Below are positions 37,641-47,429 of a DNA stretch of 64,000 nucleotides, one piece after another. The notes below the pieces were generated by a model that was given only the letters and a program-made list of their open reading frames with translations, was not told where the DNA came from and did not search any database. The stretch is taken from positions 22,233 through 86,232 of the forward strand of contig CAVYJH010000014.1 of assembly GCA_963768735.1 (NCBI GenBank), written 5' to 3'. The position numbers and the translations under genes are program-made. Numbering within the stretch: the first letter of the stretch is position 1; the number at the start of each line of letters is the position of its first letter. The stretch is from an uncultured delta proteobacterium (GTDB lineage: Bacteria > Desulfobacterota > Syntrophorhabdia > Syntrophorhabdales > WCHB1-27).

Positions 37641-38291
37641 ATGCAGCGCATACGACTCTTATTGGTGGACGACCACCCGCTCTTCCGGGAAGGCTTGAGC
37701 CGCCTTCTGGCCTCGGAGCCCGACTTCGATATGGTCGCGCAGTGCGGCACCGCAACCGAGGGTCTCCAGATACTCGGCCGTTCCGATATCGACGTGGTGC
37801 TTCTCGATTTCGACCTCGGCGTCGAGCACGGGAACCAATTCATCTCGTCTGCCCGCACTACCGGATATACAGGCAAGATACTCATGGTGACCGCGGGCAT
37901 GAACGCGACGCAATCTTCCATTGCCTTGAAGCTGGGCGTATCCGGCATTGTTCTTAAGACCAGCTCTCCGAGTGCCCTTGCAAAAGCCATCAGGCTCGTC
38001 GCACACGGCGAGACATGGATCGACCGGAAGGTGATTCAGGAAATGGCCGACCGGGCGCTGCAGGGCGGCCCGGCACGTCCCTCTCCGACTCTCACCGAGC
38101 GGGAGGACGAGGTGCTGGAGGGTGTGTTCGAGGGGCTGACAAACAAGGAAATCGGGGCAAAGATAGGCGTATCTGAGGATTCGGTGAAAACAACGCTCAG
38201 GTACCTGTTCCACAAGACAGGCGCGCAAACGCGCAGCCAGCTCGTCCGCATAGCCCTCGAAGGCCGCTTTCACACGGATAAGACGCCATAA
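37641..38291 (+). CDS. LuxR/NarL-family response regulator (paralog of 23518-24165)
   Basis: MQRIRLLLVDDHPLFREGLSRLLASEPDFDMVAQ... aligns throughout with the other regulator. GerE HTH LTNKEIGAKIGVSEDSVKTTL. The track start TTG 37626 is an alternative. Confidence 0.85.
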   Translation: MQRIRLLLVDDHPLFREGLSRLLASEPDFDMVAQCGTATEGLQILGRSDIDVVLLDFDLGVEHGNQFISSARTTGYTGKILMVTAGMNATQSSIALKLGVSGIVLKTSSPSALAKAIRLVAHGETWIDRKVIQEMADRALQGGPARPSPTLTEREDEVLEGVFEGLTNKEIGAKIGVSEDSVKTTLRYLFHKTGAQTRSQLVRIALEGRFHTDKTP

Positions 38292-38389
38292 ACGCCGGAG
38301 GGATTCTTTTGTGGGAGGTGACCCGTCCCCGCGTTTCTTATATTCGGTTATTTCGAAACGATTGACCACGAAACCGTCCCGTGATATAA

Positions 38390-38575
38390 CAGAAACACTT
38401 CGGGTGCCGAAAGGCGTAATAGGGAATCCTGTGAGGACCGCAAAGGGTCCGAGTCGGGAGCGGTCCCGCCGCTGTAACCGGGGACGAAAACCAACATAGC
38501 CACTGAGCGTCGGTTCGGGAAGGCTGGTGAGTAGGACGAGCCGGGAGCCAGAAGACCTGCCCGAGGGTCGGTCCG
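38390..38575 (+). promoter_or_regulatory. Cobalamin (B12) riboswitch
   Basis: GGGTGCC...AATAGGGAATCCTGTGAG...GCGGTCCCGCCGCTGTAA...GCCACTG...GGGAAGGC...GCCAGAAGACCTGCCC. All the conserved core strings and the B12 box are in the canonical order. Confidence 0.85.
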
Positions 38576-38637
38576 CACTTCAAAGAGGCGTGGACGTTTC
38601 CCGCGGAGGAAACCGAGGATGAAGTAAATCAGGGTGC

Positions 38638-38672
38638 AATCCTCAGGGTGTTTTCCGCTCTGAGGATTTTTT
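38638..38672 (+). terminator. Intrinsic terminator (likely the riboswitch expression platform)
   Basis: AATCCTCAG-13 nt-CTGAGGATT followed by TTTTTTG. Confidence 0.7.
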
Positions 38673-38800
38673 GTGTGCCGGATTGCGCCCCGGGGATCCG
38701 GATAGCGGGGCGGCGAAGACGGCCGAAAGGGACGGAGAGAGGGCAGCCGCCCGCTTTCTTTGCGAGGGGCGCCTCATATTAGGACAAGACAAAAGGGACT

Positions 38801-40258
38801 ATGAACAGGAAAGCACTTTTCACGACTGCCCCGGCGATACCGGCCCTTCTCCATTTCCAAGGCGTTTTTACCGCCACCGCCCGGTCCGTGGGACTGCTTC
38901 TCAAGACGGCATCCTTTTTCCTGGCCCTGGTCATGCTTCTTCTCGTCTCGGTCGGCCCCGTGTATCCGGCCGACGACGGCACGGCCGAAACGAGGCCCGC
39001 CTGGCTCCCCCAGTTCCTGGGGCTCCAGTTCAGCGGCAACTACCAGAACACGCCCGGTTTCCACAGCCCCTATGAAGGCGAGAAAAGCTTTACCTTCGAT
39101 CATAGCTTCAAGCAGGAGACGACCCAGACTTACGGCCTCTATCTGGGCTCGCAAGTGACGAAGTCTTTGCAGCTCTATGCAGACTTCGAGATGTTCCGGG
39201 GGGCGGGACTCTCAGGTGGCCTGGGCATCGGGGCCTATACCAACGCGGACGTCATCAGGGCCGGGCCCGCCAACCTTGGGCAGAGCCCCTACCTTGCGCG
39301 TCTGTATGCGCGCTACCTCATCCCCCTGTCGGGAGAGGTGGGTGGGACCCTGACCCGTGCCATGGATCAACTCCCCGGCGTCGAGCCCGTCCATCGCATC
39401 GAGATAAAGGCGGGCAGGCTGGCCCCCACCGATGATTTCGACCAGAACCGCTATGCCAATAACGGCAGGACCCAGTTCCTCAACTACGCCTTCCTCTTCA
39501 ATACGGCCTGGGATTACGCCTCCGATACGAGGGGCTACAGCATAGGGGCCTCCGTTGCCTTTGTCCACCCCGCATGGCGGTTGATCATGGGGAGCTACCA
39601 AGTGCCGGATACAAGAAACGGCATAAACCTCGACGACGAGATCTACCATGCCCGGGGGGACAACATCGAGCTGGACCTCGCGCCGGGTAGGCTTGGCACG
39701 GTCATTCGTCTCCTAGCCTTTCACAACGAAGGGCGCATGGGCGACTACCGGGAGGCCATGGCCATAGGCAGCGCCGCCGGCACCGTACCGAGCACCTTGG
39801 CCGACGAGCAGCCGGGACGCACCAAGTACGGCTTTGGCCTCAACATCGAGCAGCCCCTCGCAAATAACGGCGAGACCGGCCTCTTCGCGCGCCTCGGCTG
39901 GGCAAACGGCGCCAATTCCGCCTGGTCCTATACGGAAGTGGACCGCGACGCCAGCATGGGCTTGCAAGTGAGCGGGCGCAACTGGGGACGTCCGGAAGAC
40001 AATTTCGGCATCGGCATTGCGGCAGGCGGGCTTTCAGGCCCGCACAGGCATTACCTTGAAGAAGGGGGCATAGGCATGCTCATAGGCGACGGGGCGCTCA
40101 ATTACGGGCCGGAGGAGATATTCGAGACCTATTACCGCATCCAGCTTGGCCGATACGCGCAGCTCAGCCCCGATTTCCAGTACATAGAGAACCCCGGGTA
40201 CAACAAGGACAGGGGTCCGGTGAAGGTCTACGGCATGCGGCTGCGCATGAGCTATTGA
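38801..40258 (+). CDS. OprB-family (carbohydrate-selective-type) outer-membrane porin
   Basis: Signal/TM-like N-terminus. OprB-like blocks (QFLNYAFLFNTAWDY, EEIFETYYRIQLGRYAQLSPDFQYIENPGYNKDRGPV). Terminal aromatic residue ...MRLRMSY. Confidence 0.7.
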   Translation: MNRKALFTTAPAIPALLHFQGVFTATARSVGLLLKTASFFLALVMLLLVSVGPVYPADDGTAETRPAWLPQFLGLQFSGNYQNTPGFHSPYEGEKSFTFDHSFKQETTQTYGLYLGSQVTKSLQLYADFEMFRGAGLSGGLGIGAYTNADVIRAGPANLGQSPYLARLYARYLIPLSGEVGGTLTRAMDQLPGVEPVHRIEIKAGRLAPTDDFDQNRYANNGRTQFLNYAFLFNTAWDYASDTRGYSIGASVAFVHPAWRLIMGSYQVPDTRNGINLDDEIYHARGDNIELDLAPGRLGTVIRLLAFHNEGRMGDYREAMAIGSAAGTVPSTLADEQPGRTKYGFGLNIEQPLANNGETGLFARLGWANGANSAWSYTEVDRDASMGLQVSGRNWGRPEDNFGIGIAAGGLSGPHRHYLEEGGIGMLIGDGALNYGPEEIFETYYRIQLGRYAQLSPDFQYIENPGYNKDRGPVKVYGMRLRMSY

Positions 40259-40318
40259 AAACCGCCTCCTCCCCGCATAAGTTGAAAGAGTGGGTAGTGT
40301 AGTCCTGGAGAGAAAGCC

Positions 40319-41728
40319 GTGACGGAAAATACCGAAAAGAGGCGGGTGACCCTCCTCTCCCTGGCCACCACCGTGGGTCTCATCATTCTTAAGGTGGCCG
40401 TGGGGCTGAAGACAGGATACCTCACCCTTATCACGGAGGCGATCCACTCGACCCTCGATGCCCTGGTCACGGTTATCACGTTTTTCTCCGTCCGGTACGC
40501 CGAGCGGCCCGCCGACAGCGACCACCCTTATGGGCACGAGAAGGCGGAGAACCTCGCAGCCTTCACCGAATGTATACTCCTCTTCGTCGCCCTCGGCCTT
40601 ATCGTGAACCAGGTGGTCAGGCGTCTCTTCTTCGAGGCGCCCCAACTGGCGGCCAGCCTTTGGCCGGTAATCGTGCTCGTCATATCGATGATTTTCGACC
40701 TGAACCGGGCACATGCCCTGAGAAAGGTTGCGCGGGCCTACAGGAGCCCCGCCATCGAGGCGGATGCAGTACATTTCAGCGCCGACCTGATGACCTCAGG
40801 GATCGCGCTCTGCGGCATGGGCCTCGCCTATGTGTTTTCGAACGTCATCAATTCCGCCTCCTGGTTCATCGACATCGCCACCACGGGTGTGATTCTCCTT
40901 GCCGTCGCCCGTATGGCCCTCGGCATTCTCCTGCGCTCCTCGCAGGTCCTCCTCGATAGAACGGCCCCTGAGCAGCGGGAGCTCATACGCGGGGTGGTTT
41001 CCCGGATCCCGGACGTGATCGGGGTGGAGGCCATCCGTACGAGAGAAGCGGGCAAGAAGACTTTCGTCGACCTGACCCTTGCCGTCGACCGCAACCTCAC
41101 GGTCGAATCGAGCTGCCGCATACAGCAATCTGCAGAAGCAGCAATAAAGCGGCACGTGGAGAATGCCGACGTGGTCCTCCAGCTCAGGCCGAAGGCGAAG
41201 GCAGCCGAGGATATCGCCGAGAGGGTGCGCGCCATCGGCGCCCGTCACGGCCACAACATTCATCACATTACCGTGCACGATATCGAGGGCGTGCTCCACG
41301 TGGACATGGACCTGGAAGTGGAAGGGGGGATGAAGCTCGGCGCCGCCCACGCGCTGGCCGATCTGCTCGAGACGCGGATCAGGCAGGACAATCCCCTGAT
41401 CAGCGCGGTCAACACCCACATCGAATGGCGGCCGCAGTCGCCTGTGGAAGGCAAGGTCGTCACCGAGCGGGATGCGCTGATCGGCATCATCGAAGGGATC
41501 GTCAGGGGGAAACAGGGGGTCCTCACCTGCGGACGGGTAGTGATCGAGGAGGAAGAATCCGGGGATATCGTGATCACCGTAAACTGCACCATGAGGCAGG
41601 ACGAGAAGGGGGCGGACGTGCAGAGGACCTCCGAGGAGATAGAGATGGCCCTCAGGGAGCGCATCAAGGAGTCGAGCCGTGTGGTCGTCCACGTCGAGCC
41701 CGAAAAGGCCGTGGGACCATCCGCGTGA
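40319..41728 (+). CDS. Cation diffusion facilitator (CDF) transporter with an extended, apparently triplicated cytoplasmic C-terminal domain
   Basis: GTG start. Six-TM CDF core (HSTLDALV, HPYGHEKAENL, DAVHFSADL). Three successive ~75-aa segments each fit the CDF C-terminal-domain pattern and end in a V..L.P/V.VHVEP-like strand. Confidence 0.7.
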   Translation: MTENTEKRRVTLLSLATTVGLIILKVAVGLKTGYLTLITEAIHSTLDALVTVITFFSVRYAERPADSDHPYGHEKAENLAAFTECILLFVALGLIVNQVVRRLFFEAPQLAASLWPVIVLVISMIFDLNRAHALRKVARAYRSPAIEADAVHFSADLMTSGIALCGMGLAYVFSNVINSASWFIDIATTGVILLAVARMALGILLRSSQVLLDRTAPEQRELIRGVVSRIPDVIGVEAIRTREAGKKTFVDLTLAVDRNLTVESSCRIQQSAEAAIKRHVENADVVLQLRPKAKAAEDIAERVRAIGARHGHNIHHITVHDIEGVLHVDMDLEVEGGMKLGAAHALADLLETRIRQDNPLISAVNTHIEWRPQSPVEGKVVTERDALIGIIEGIVRGKQGVLTCGRVVIEEEESGDIVITVNCTMRQDEKGADVQRTSEEIEMALRERIKESSRVVVHVEPEKAVGPSA

Positions 41729-41743
41729 AAGAGGAGGATAGCG

Positions 41744-42994
41744 ATGGCTAAAACACCGCAGGAGCTATACGAGGAACGGGAAAAGAGGGTCCTGGATGCG
41801 ATTGCCCTCAGGAAGCCGGACAGAGTGCCCATTGCCGTTGCTTTCGGTTTCTTCCCTGCCAAATATGCGGGCATGACGGTGGAAGAGGCAATGTACGATC
41901 CGGACAAGCTTTTCGACGCACAACTGAAGGTCCTCCTCGAATTCCAGCCCGACATGGACCAGGCGCCCTTTGCCAACCGGTTCTTGGGTCCTGTGCTGGA
42001 TGCCCTTGATTTTAAGCAGCTTAAATGGCCCGGCCACGGGATGGCATCAGACCATACGTATCAATTTGTGGAAGGGGAATACATGACAGCGGAGGAATAC
42101 GACCATTTCCTCCTGGACCCGTCCGATTTCATGGTCCGAAAGTACTGGCCGAGAGTCTGCGGGAATCTGAAGGGCTTCGAGAAGCTTGGACCCCTGCACG
42201 GGGTCATCACCTACTACATGGGCTTTAACCTGAGCATTGCTCCCTTCAGCCTCACCGAAGTGGCAGAGGCGTTCAAGGCAATGCAGAAGGCAGGCGAAGA
42301 AGCCATGCGCATTGCGGACTATTCACGCCGTTATAACCAGAGGGCAAGAGAAGAAGGCTTCCCTATGCAGACGGGCGCCTTCACCCAGGCGCCTTTCGAT
42401 ACCCTGGGCGATTTCTTCAGGGGTACTAAAGGCCTCATGCTCGATATGTACCGGAGACCCGACAAGGTGATCAAGGCCTGTGAAAAACTTCTTCCCATCA
42501 TGTTTGAGACCGCCGTCAATGCAACAAGGATGTCGGGTAATCCCCGTGTCTTCATCCCCATCCACAAGGGCCTCGACGGCTTCATGTCGCAAGAGCAGTT
42601 CAGACGCTTTTTCTGGCCGACGTGTCAGGAATTGATGCAGGCCCTGATCAGGGAAGGCTGTAACCCCTGCCCGCTCTGGGAGGGCGACTGTTCGTCCCGG
42701 CTGCCTATCATCAGAGATATCCCTCCCGGAAAGGCCTGCTATGCCTTTGAGGCGACGGACATGGTCAAGGCAAAGGAGATACTCGGCGACACGGTCTGCA
42801 TCCGGGGCAACGTGCCCCTCTCGATCCTTGCGACCGCCACGCCCGATGACGTGAGAAGGTACTGTAAGAAACTGATCGACGTCGCGGGCAGGGATGGCGG
42901 GTTCATCATGGATACATCGACGGGCGTCGATGATGCGAAACCCGAAAACCTCAAGGCGATGTTCGAGTTTACAAAGGAGTACGGCGTGTACTGA
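41744..42994 (+). CDS. Uroporphyrinogen-decarboxylase-family (URO-D/MtaA-like) protein
   Basis: 416 aa. Overall URO-D/methylcobamide-methyltransferase-like layout (RVPIAV...F, ...GFIMDTSTGV near the C-terminus). The family call is from pattern memory. Confidence 0.6.
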   Translation: MAKTPQELYEEREKRVLDAIALRKPDRVPIAVAFGFFPAKYAGMTVEEAMYDPDKLFDAQLKVLLEFQPDMDQAPFANRFLGPVLDALDFKQLKWPGHGMASDHTYQFVEGEYMTAEEYDHFLLDPSDFMVRKYWPRVCGNLKGFEKLGPLHGVITYYMGFNLSIAPFSLTEVAEAFKAMQKAGEEAMRIADYSRRYNQRAREEGFPMQTGAFTQAPFDTLGDFFRGTKGLMLDMYRRPDKVIKACEKLLPIMFETAVNATRMSGNPRVFIPIHKGLDGFMSQEQFRRFFWPTCQELMQALIREGCNPCPLWEGDCSSRLPIIRDIPPGKACYAFEATDMVKAKEILGDTVCIRGNVPLSILATATPDDVRRYCKKLIDVAGRDGGFIMDTSTGVDDAKPENLKAMFEFTKEYGVY

Positions 42995-43126
42995 GCGCGG
43001 CACTGCCTGCGCTGCCATGCCACCGGCTATCGCTCTCCCACAAAGGTGACGGCAAGGGCGCCGGGGCCGGCATGGGAGGTGATCAAGATGTTGCGGCTGC
43101 AAGGTTTCCCCTTCGAGGAGGATGGA

Positions 43127-43756
43127 ATGGACATCTACGTGGTGCGGCACGGCGAGACCCAATGGAACAAGGAAGAGGTATTCCGGGGGAGAAAGGACGT
43201 CCCTCTGAACGAGACAGGAAGGCGGCAGGCCGAACAAGCCGGGGCCTATTTCCGGGAGATCCCCGTAAAGCGGATCATTTCAAGCCCCCTTTCAAGGGCG
43301 GTGGAGACGGCGCAAGGCATCGCAACTGCGACGGGCGTGCCCGTCGAGAGGGTGGAGGAATTGACCGATATCAATTTCGGCATCTGGGAGGGCCTTTCAC
43401 TCAAAGAAGTGGAAGAGCGCCACCAGGCCGATTTTGCCCTGTGGCGGAGGTCGCCCGAAAAGCTGAGGATTGCGGACGGCGAGACCCTTGCCGAGGTGAG
43501 GGAGCGCATATCGAGGGGCCTGAGGCGGACGGACGGCCTCCATGGCGCCCTTGTCGTCGTGACCCACAGGGCGATCTGCAAGATACTCGTCCTCAGTCTC
43601 CTGGACATAGGAAACGAGCATTTTTGGGGTATAAAGTACGATCCTGGATCGATCACCCTTCTCGAAGGAGACGGCGACCGCTTCACGCTGGTCTTCAGCA
43701 ACGATACGTGTCACCAGCGCGACGGGCGGGAAGGCGCACGATACAGGGACTTCTGA
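43127..43756 (+). CDS. Histidine-phosphatase-family protein (CobC/alpha-ribazole-phosphatase-like)
   Basis: MDIYVVRHGETQWNKEEVFRGRKDVPLNETGRRQA...VVTHRAICKIL, the RHG catalytic motif. The start is moved from the track 43046 to the ATG at 43127. Confidence 0.7.
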   Translation: MDIYVVRHGETQWNKEEVFRGRKDVPLNETGRRQAEQAGAYFREIPVKRIISSPLSRAVETAQGIATATGVPVERVEELTDINFGIWEGLSLKEVEERHQADFALWRRSPEKLRIADGETLAEVRERISRGLRRTDGLHGALVVVTHRAICKILVLSLLDIGNEHFWGIKYDPGSITLLEGDGDRFTLVFSNDTCHQRDGREGARYRDF

Positions 43757-43761
43757 ATAAC

Positions 43762-44642
43762 CTACCCGATCGGTCCGCCTGTCAGTATTTCAAAGATCTC
43801 CCGGTAGCGCTCCGAGGTCTTTGCCGCAATTGCTGCCGGCAGCTCGGGCCCTGGTGCGGTCTTATCCCACTCCAGGGTGTTCAGGTAGTCCCTGACGATC
43901 TGCTTGTCGAAGCTGTCCTGTCCCTGCCCCGGCTTATACGTCCGGGTCGACCAGAACCTGGAGGAATCGGGTGTGAGGACCTCGTCGATGATGATCGTCT
44001 CGCCGTCGACAATACCGAATTCAAATTTCGTATCCGCTATCAGAATGCCTCTTGTCTCTGCAAGAGACGCGGCCCTCCGGTAAATCTCAAGACTCAGGCG
44101 CGTCACTTCGTCTGCCTGCCGCGGCCCTATCAGGTCGCGCAAGCCCTCCTGCGAGATGGGGAGGTCATGTCCCTCGTCGGCTTTCGTTGTGGGCGTGAAA
44201 ATAGGTTCTTCCAGCTTTTGGGATTCCTGCAGGCCCGCGGGCAGCTTTATCCCGCAGACAGTCCCTTTTTCCCTGTATTCCGTCCACCCCGATCCCGCGA
44301 GATAGCCCCGGACAACACACTCGGCAGGAAGGGGCTTTGCCTTCTTCACTATCATGCTTCTTCCCGCAAGGAGGTCGGTGTACTTCGACAGGGCTGCGGG
44401 GTAGCGCTCGACATCCGATTCCAGCACGTGGTTCCTGACGATGTCTGCCATCCGGCGGAACCAAAAAGAGAGAGCTGATTAAGGACTTTCCCCTTGTCGG
44501 GTATGCCCGACGGCAATACCACATCGAAGGCGGACACACGGTCCGTGACTACGATGAGGAGCCTATCGCCCAAATCATAAATGTCCCGCACCTTGCCCTT
44601 TCTGGGGGCGCCAAGGTCTGCAAACCCGGTTTCGAGCAGCAT
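43762..44642 (-). CDS. purC: SAICAR synthetase, with an apparent 1-nt deletion in a homopolymer (44463-44467)
   Basis: The N-terminal piece [30 protein letters not shown]...NQLSLF and the C-terminal piece MADIVRNHV...PTTKA..GHD...ADTKFEFG are in adjacent frames. Adding one T restores [13 protein letters not shown]. Confidence 0.85.
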
Positions 44643-44702
44643 ATCCTCTTACTCCTCTCCTCAGTATCTTGCGGCTGCCGGCACAGCGCGCGGCCGGCGT
44701 GC

Positions 44703-44864
44703 CTACCCTTCCTTTTCGAACTCCGACTTCGGCGCGCCGCACACCGGGCACACCCAGGAATCGGGCAACGCCGCGAAAGCCGTGCCCGGCGCTATCCCCG
44801 AGGCAGGATCTCCTTCCGCAGGATCGTAAATATAACCGCATATGGTGCATTTATAACTATCCAT
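44703..44864 (-). CDS. Rubredoxin
   Basis: Below the ORF-track size cut-off. Manual translation: [53 protein letters not shown], with both CxxCG knuckles. Confidence 0.9.
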   Translation of the reverse strand: MDSYKCTICGYIYDPAEGDPASGIAPGTAFAALPDSWVCPVCGAPKSEFEKEG

Positions 44865-45029
44865 CACTTTGTCCTCCCTCTCTACAGTTATGGAAGCATG
44901 GGTCCCAGGGGAGACCCATAAGATTATGGCTCAACGGCCGCCACAGTCCACATTATAGGGGAACGGGCACGCAAAAGCAAGCCGGACAAAAAAGCTACGG
45001 TTTGCTACGAGCGCCGCCGTTGTGGTAAT

Positions 45030-46005
45030 ATGCGGGCTATGGGCGACATCACGGCCGACACGGTCCTGGACAGGCACCTGGCGCTCCGGGCCGCACGGGA
45101 GTTCTTTTACGGCCGGGGCTATATCGAGGTGGAGACACCCGTCCTCATGCGGACGGCGCCTCCCGACCCCTATATCGAACCGCTGGAGGCGTACGTGGGC
45201 GCCTCGGGGCCCTACTATCTCCACACGTCGCCGGAGATGGGCATGAAGAAGCTCGTGGCCAAGGGCCACGAGAAGATCTTCCAGATCTGCAAGACCTTCA
45301 GGGTCGAGGAGTTCGAGGAGCATCACGCCATAGAGTTCACCATGCTCGAATGGTACATGGGGGGCACGTACGTAGAGGCGATGGAGGAGACCACGGGGCT
45401 GGTCCGCGCGCTGGGCCGGGCCTTGGGCGCACGTGCCGCGGGCATGGTCGGGGGCCCCTTCGATGTGCGCGAGCTGAAGGCGCTCTTTCTTGAGGCGGCC
45501 GGTCTCGACCCCCTCCCCCTCGACAGGGATGCCCTTTTTTCCGCCATGGAAGCGCGCGGTTTCCTGGGACCGGCCCTGAGCGGCACGTGGGAAGACCTCT
45601 TTTTCCTGTTTTTCGTCCACACGGTGGAGCCCCGGATACGCGAGCCTCGGTGAGACCCCGTGCTTTATAAAGGACTGGCCCGCATCGCTCACTGCCATGG
45701 CCAAAAGAAAGGACGACCATAGGGTCGAGCGGTTCGAGCTCTACATGAAGGGACTGGAGATCGCGAACGGGTATACGGAGCTTCTCGACGCGGGCGAGCA
45801 GCGGGCGCGCCTTGCAAGGGACAACGCCGCCCGGGCGCGGCGGGGGATGCGGGTTTTCCCGTCGGATGAGCAGTTTCTTGAAGCCCTCGGTCGCATAGGC
45901 GGACCCATTGCCGGCGTGTCCGTCGGCCTGGACAGGCTCCTCATGGCGCTTTCCGGCAAGGAGCGGATAGGGGAGGTGCTTCCTGAACGGTTCACCATCG
46001 GATAG
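45030..46005 (+). CDS. epmA: EF-P lysine aminoacylase EpmA (GenX/PoxA, truncated class II LysRS paralog), with an apparent 1-nt insertion at 45645/45646
   Basis: GYIEVETPVL...LHTSPEMGMKKLV..IFQICKTFRVEE...EFTMLEWY, then after the shift PCFIKDWPASLTAMAKRKDDHRVERFELYMKGLEIANGYTEL. Deleting one C gives ...IRELGETPCFIKDWP. Confidence 0.8.
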
Positions 46006-46054
46006 CCCTGCCGGCCGCGACTATTCTTAGCGCTTTCGGGGAAAAGGATGCTCT

Positions 46055-46648
46055 ATGCGCATAATTGACGCGAGTTTCACCAGGAGTGTGACGGAGATCG
46101 GCCAGAGGAAGCAGATCGCCCTGCCGGAGGTCTGCTTTGTGGGCAGGTCGAACGTAGGTAAATCTTCTCTCCTGAATACGCTGGCTGCGAGAAAGATCGC
46201 GAGGACGGGCGGCACCCCCGGAGTTACCCGTCTCATCAACCTCTATACGACGGTGTGGGAGCGTGAGGGCCGCAGGAGAAGCGCCCTTTTCTCGGATTTC
46301 CCCGGCTTCGGCTACTCAAAAGTCTCGCAAGGGGTGTATGAAGGCTGGCAGGCCATGGTCGAAGGGTACATGGCCCAGAACGAGTGGATCAAGCGCGTGC
46401 TATGGGTCTTCGATATCCGCCGGACCTTCGACCGGCTCGACACGATGCTGCTCGAGTGGCTACGGGCCAATGGGCTCCCATTCACCCTCGTCCTCACCAA
46501 AGCGGACAAAGAAGGAAGGGGGTCGTCGCTGCAAAAAAAACAGGCATTCCAGGCTATGCTCGGGGGCGAAGACGTTTTCCTGTTTTCTTCCAAAGACGGA
46601 TATGGGAAGGGCGATCTCCTCCTCCATATCGGACTCTCTCTCACCTAG
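46055..46648 (+). CDS. engB: Ribosome-biogenesis GTPase EngB/YihA
   Basis: PEVCFVGRSNVGKSSLLNTL (G1), DFPGFGY (G3), LTKADK (G4). Confidence 0.85.
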   Translation: MRIIDASFTRSVTEIGQRKQIALPEVCFVGRSNVGKSSLLNTLAARKIARTGGTPGVTRLINLYTTVWEREGRRRSALFSDFPGFGYSKVSQGVYEGWQAMVEGYMAQNEWIKRVLWVFDIRRTFDRLDTMLLEWLRANGLPFTLVLTKADKEGRGSSLQKKQAFQAMLGGEDVFLFSSKDGYGKGDLLLHIGLSLT

Positions 46649-46706
46649 GGTGTGCGCTGTGATAAACCCCGATCCGACCGATCGGTCCGATCCGGCAGAT
46701 CCGCTT

Positions 46707-47411
46707 TTATACGTCATAGGTGCGCAGGGCAAACCCTTCACCGGTGCTATAACTGCCGTAGGTGCGGGACGCAGCGAGGTCTCCCGTATTCATGTAGGTC
46801 CTCTTCTTGCCGTCCATATCATAGCTCTCGATGTCCGCCATGTGGGAATGGGCGATGATGACCGCGTCATACCCGTCGCCCAGCTTCTTCTTTCCATATC
46901 TCCTGAACCGGGCACGCACCCCTTCGTCATAGATCTTCAGCTTTTTTGAAAGCACCCGTCCGCACTGCATGGCGATCCGCCAGGTAAGGTCGGGGCCGAG
47001 GAGGTCCATGATCGCAGAGACAACACGCGACCTCAGGAGCCTGCTCAGGGTGAAGGCCTTGAACGCGTCGCCGTGGCAGAGGAATACGCGCTTCCCATCG
47101 AGGTCGAGGCTCAGGCTCGTCGCGCACCTGATGCCCGTGTAGGATTCAAAATAGGGTCCCATCCGGTATTCATGGTTCCCCTCGATAAAATAGACCGACT
47201 TCGAAACGGCCGCGTCGGCCAGCGCGTCGACGATCTCTCTGTAGAAGGGATAGATGTAGCCGTCATAGCCGTGGTAGAATTCGAAGAGATCGCCGAGGAC
47301 GACGATGATGTCCGCGTCCGCCGCCACCTGCCGCAGGAATGTCTTGATCGTCCTGACCTTGCCTGCGTCGTTATCGGCCAGGTGCGCGTCGGAAAAGAAA
47401 ACCGCTTTCAT
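46707..47411 (-). CDS. lpxH: UDP-2,3-diacylglucosamine diphosphatase-like metallophosphoesterase (LpxH family)
   Basis: FFSDAHL...VVLGDLFEFY...IEGNHEY...CHGD...IIAHSHM, the calcineurin-like motifs in LpxH order. Confidence 0.65.
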   Translation of the reverse strand: MKAVFFSDAHLADNDAGKVRTIKTFLRQVAADADIIVVLGDLFEFYHGYDGYIYPFYREIVDALADAAVSKSVYFIEGNHEYRMGPYFESYTGIRCATSLSLDLDGKRVFLCHGDAFKAFTLSRLLRSRVVSAIMDLLGPDLTWRIAMQCGRVLSKKLKIYDEGVRARFRRYGKKKLGDGYDAVIIAHSHMADIESYDMDGKKRTYMNTGDLAASRTYGSYSTGEGFALRTYDV

Positions 47412-47429
47412 GCCCTTTTTTAGGCTACC

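Noticed and set aside
43072-44478. 468-aa ORF on the plus strand
   Set aside because: It runs antisense to the clearly homologous purC and overlaps the CobC-like gene in another frame. Its Arg/Pro/Gly-rich composition is typical of shadow ORFs in high-GC DNA.
46649-46706. Palindrome GACCGATCGGTC between the convergent engB and lpxH-like genes, considered as a bidirectional terminator
   Set aside because: The stem is short and there is no flanking T- or A-run, so it is not convincing as an intrinsic terminator.
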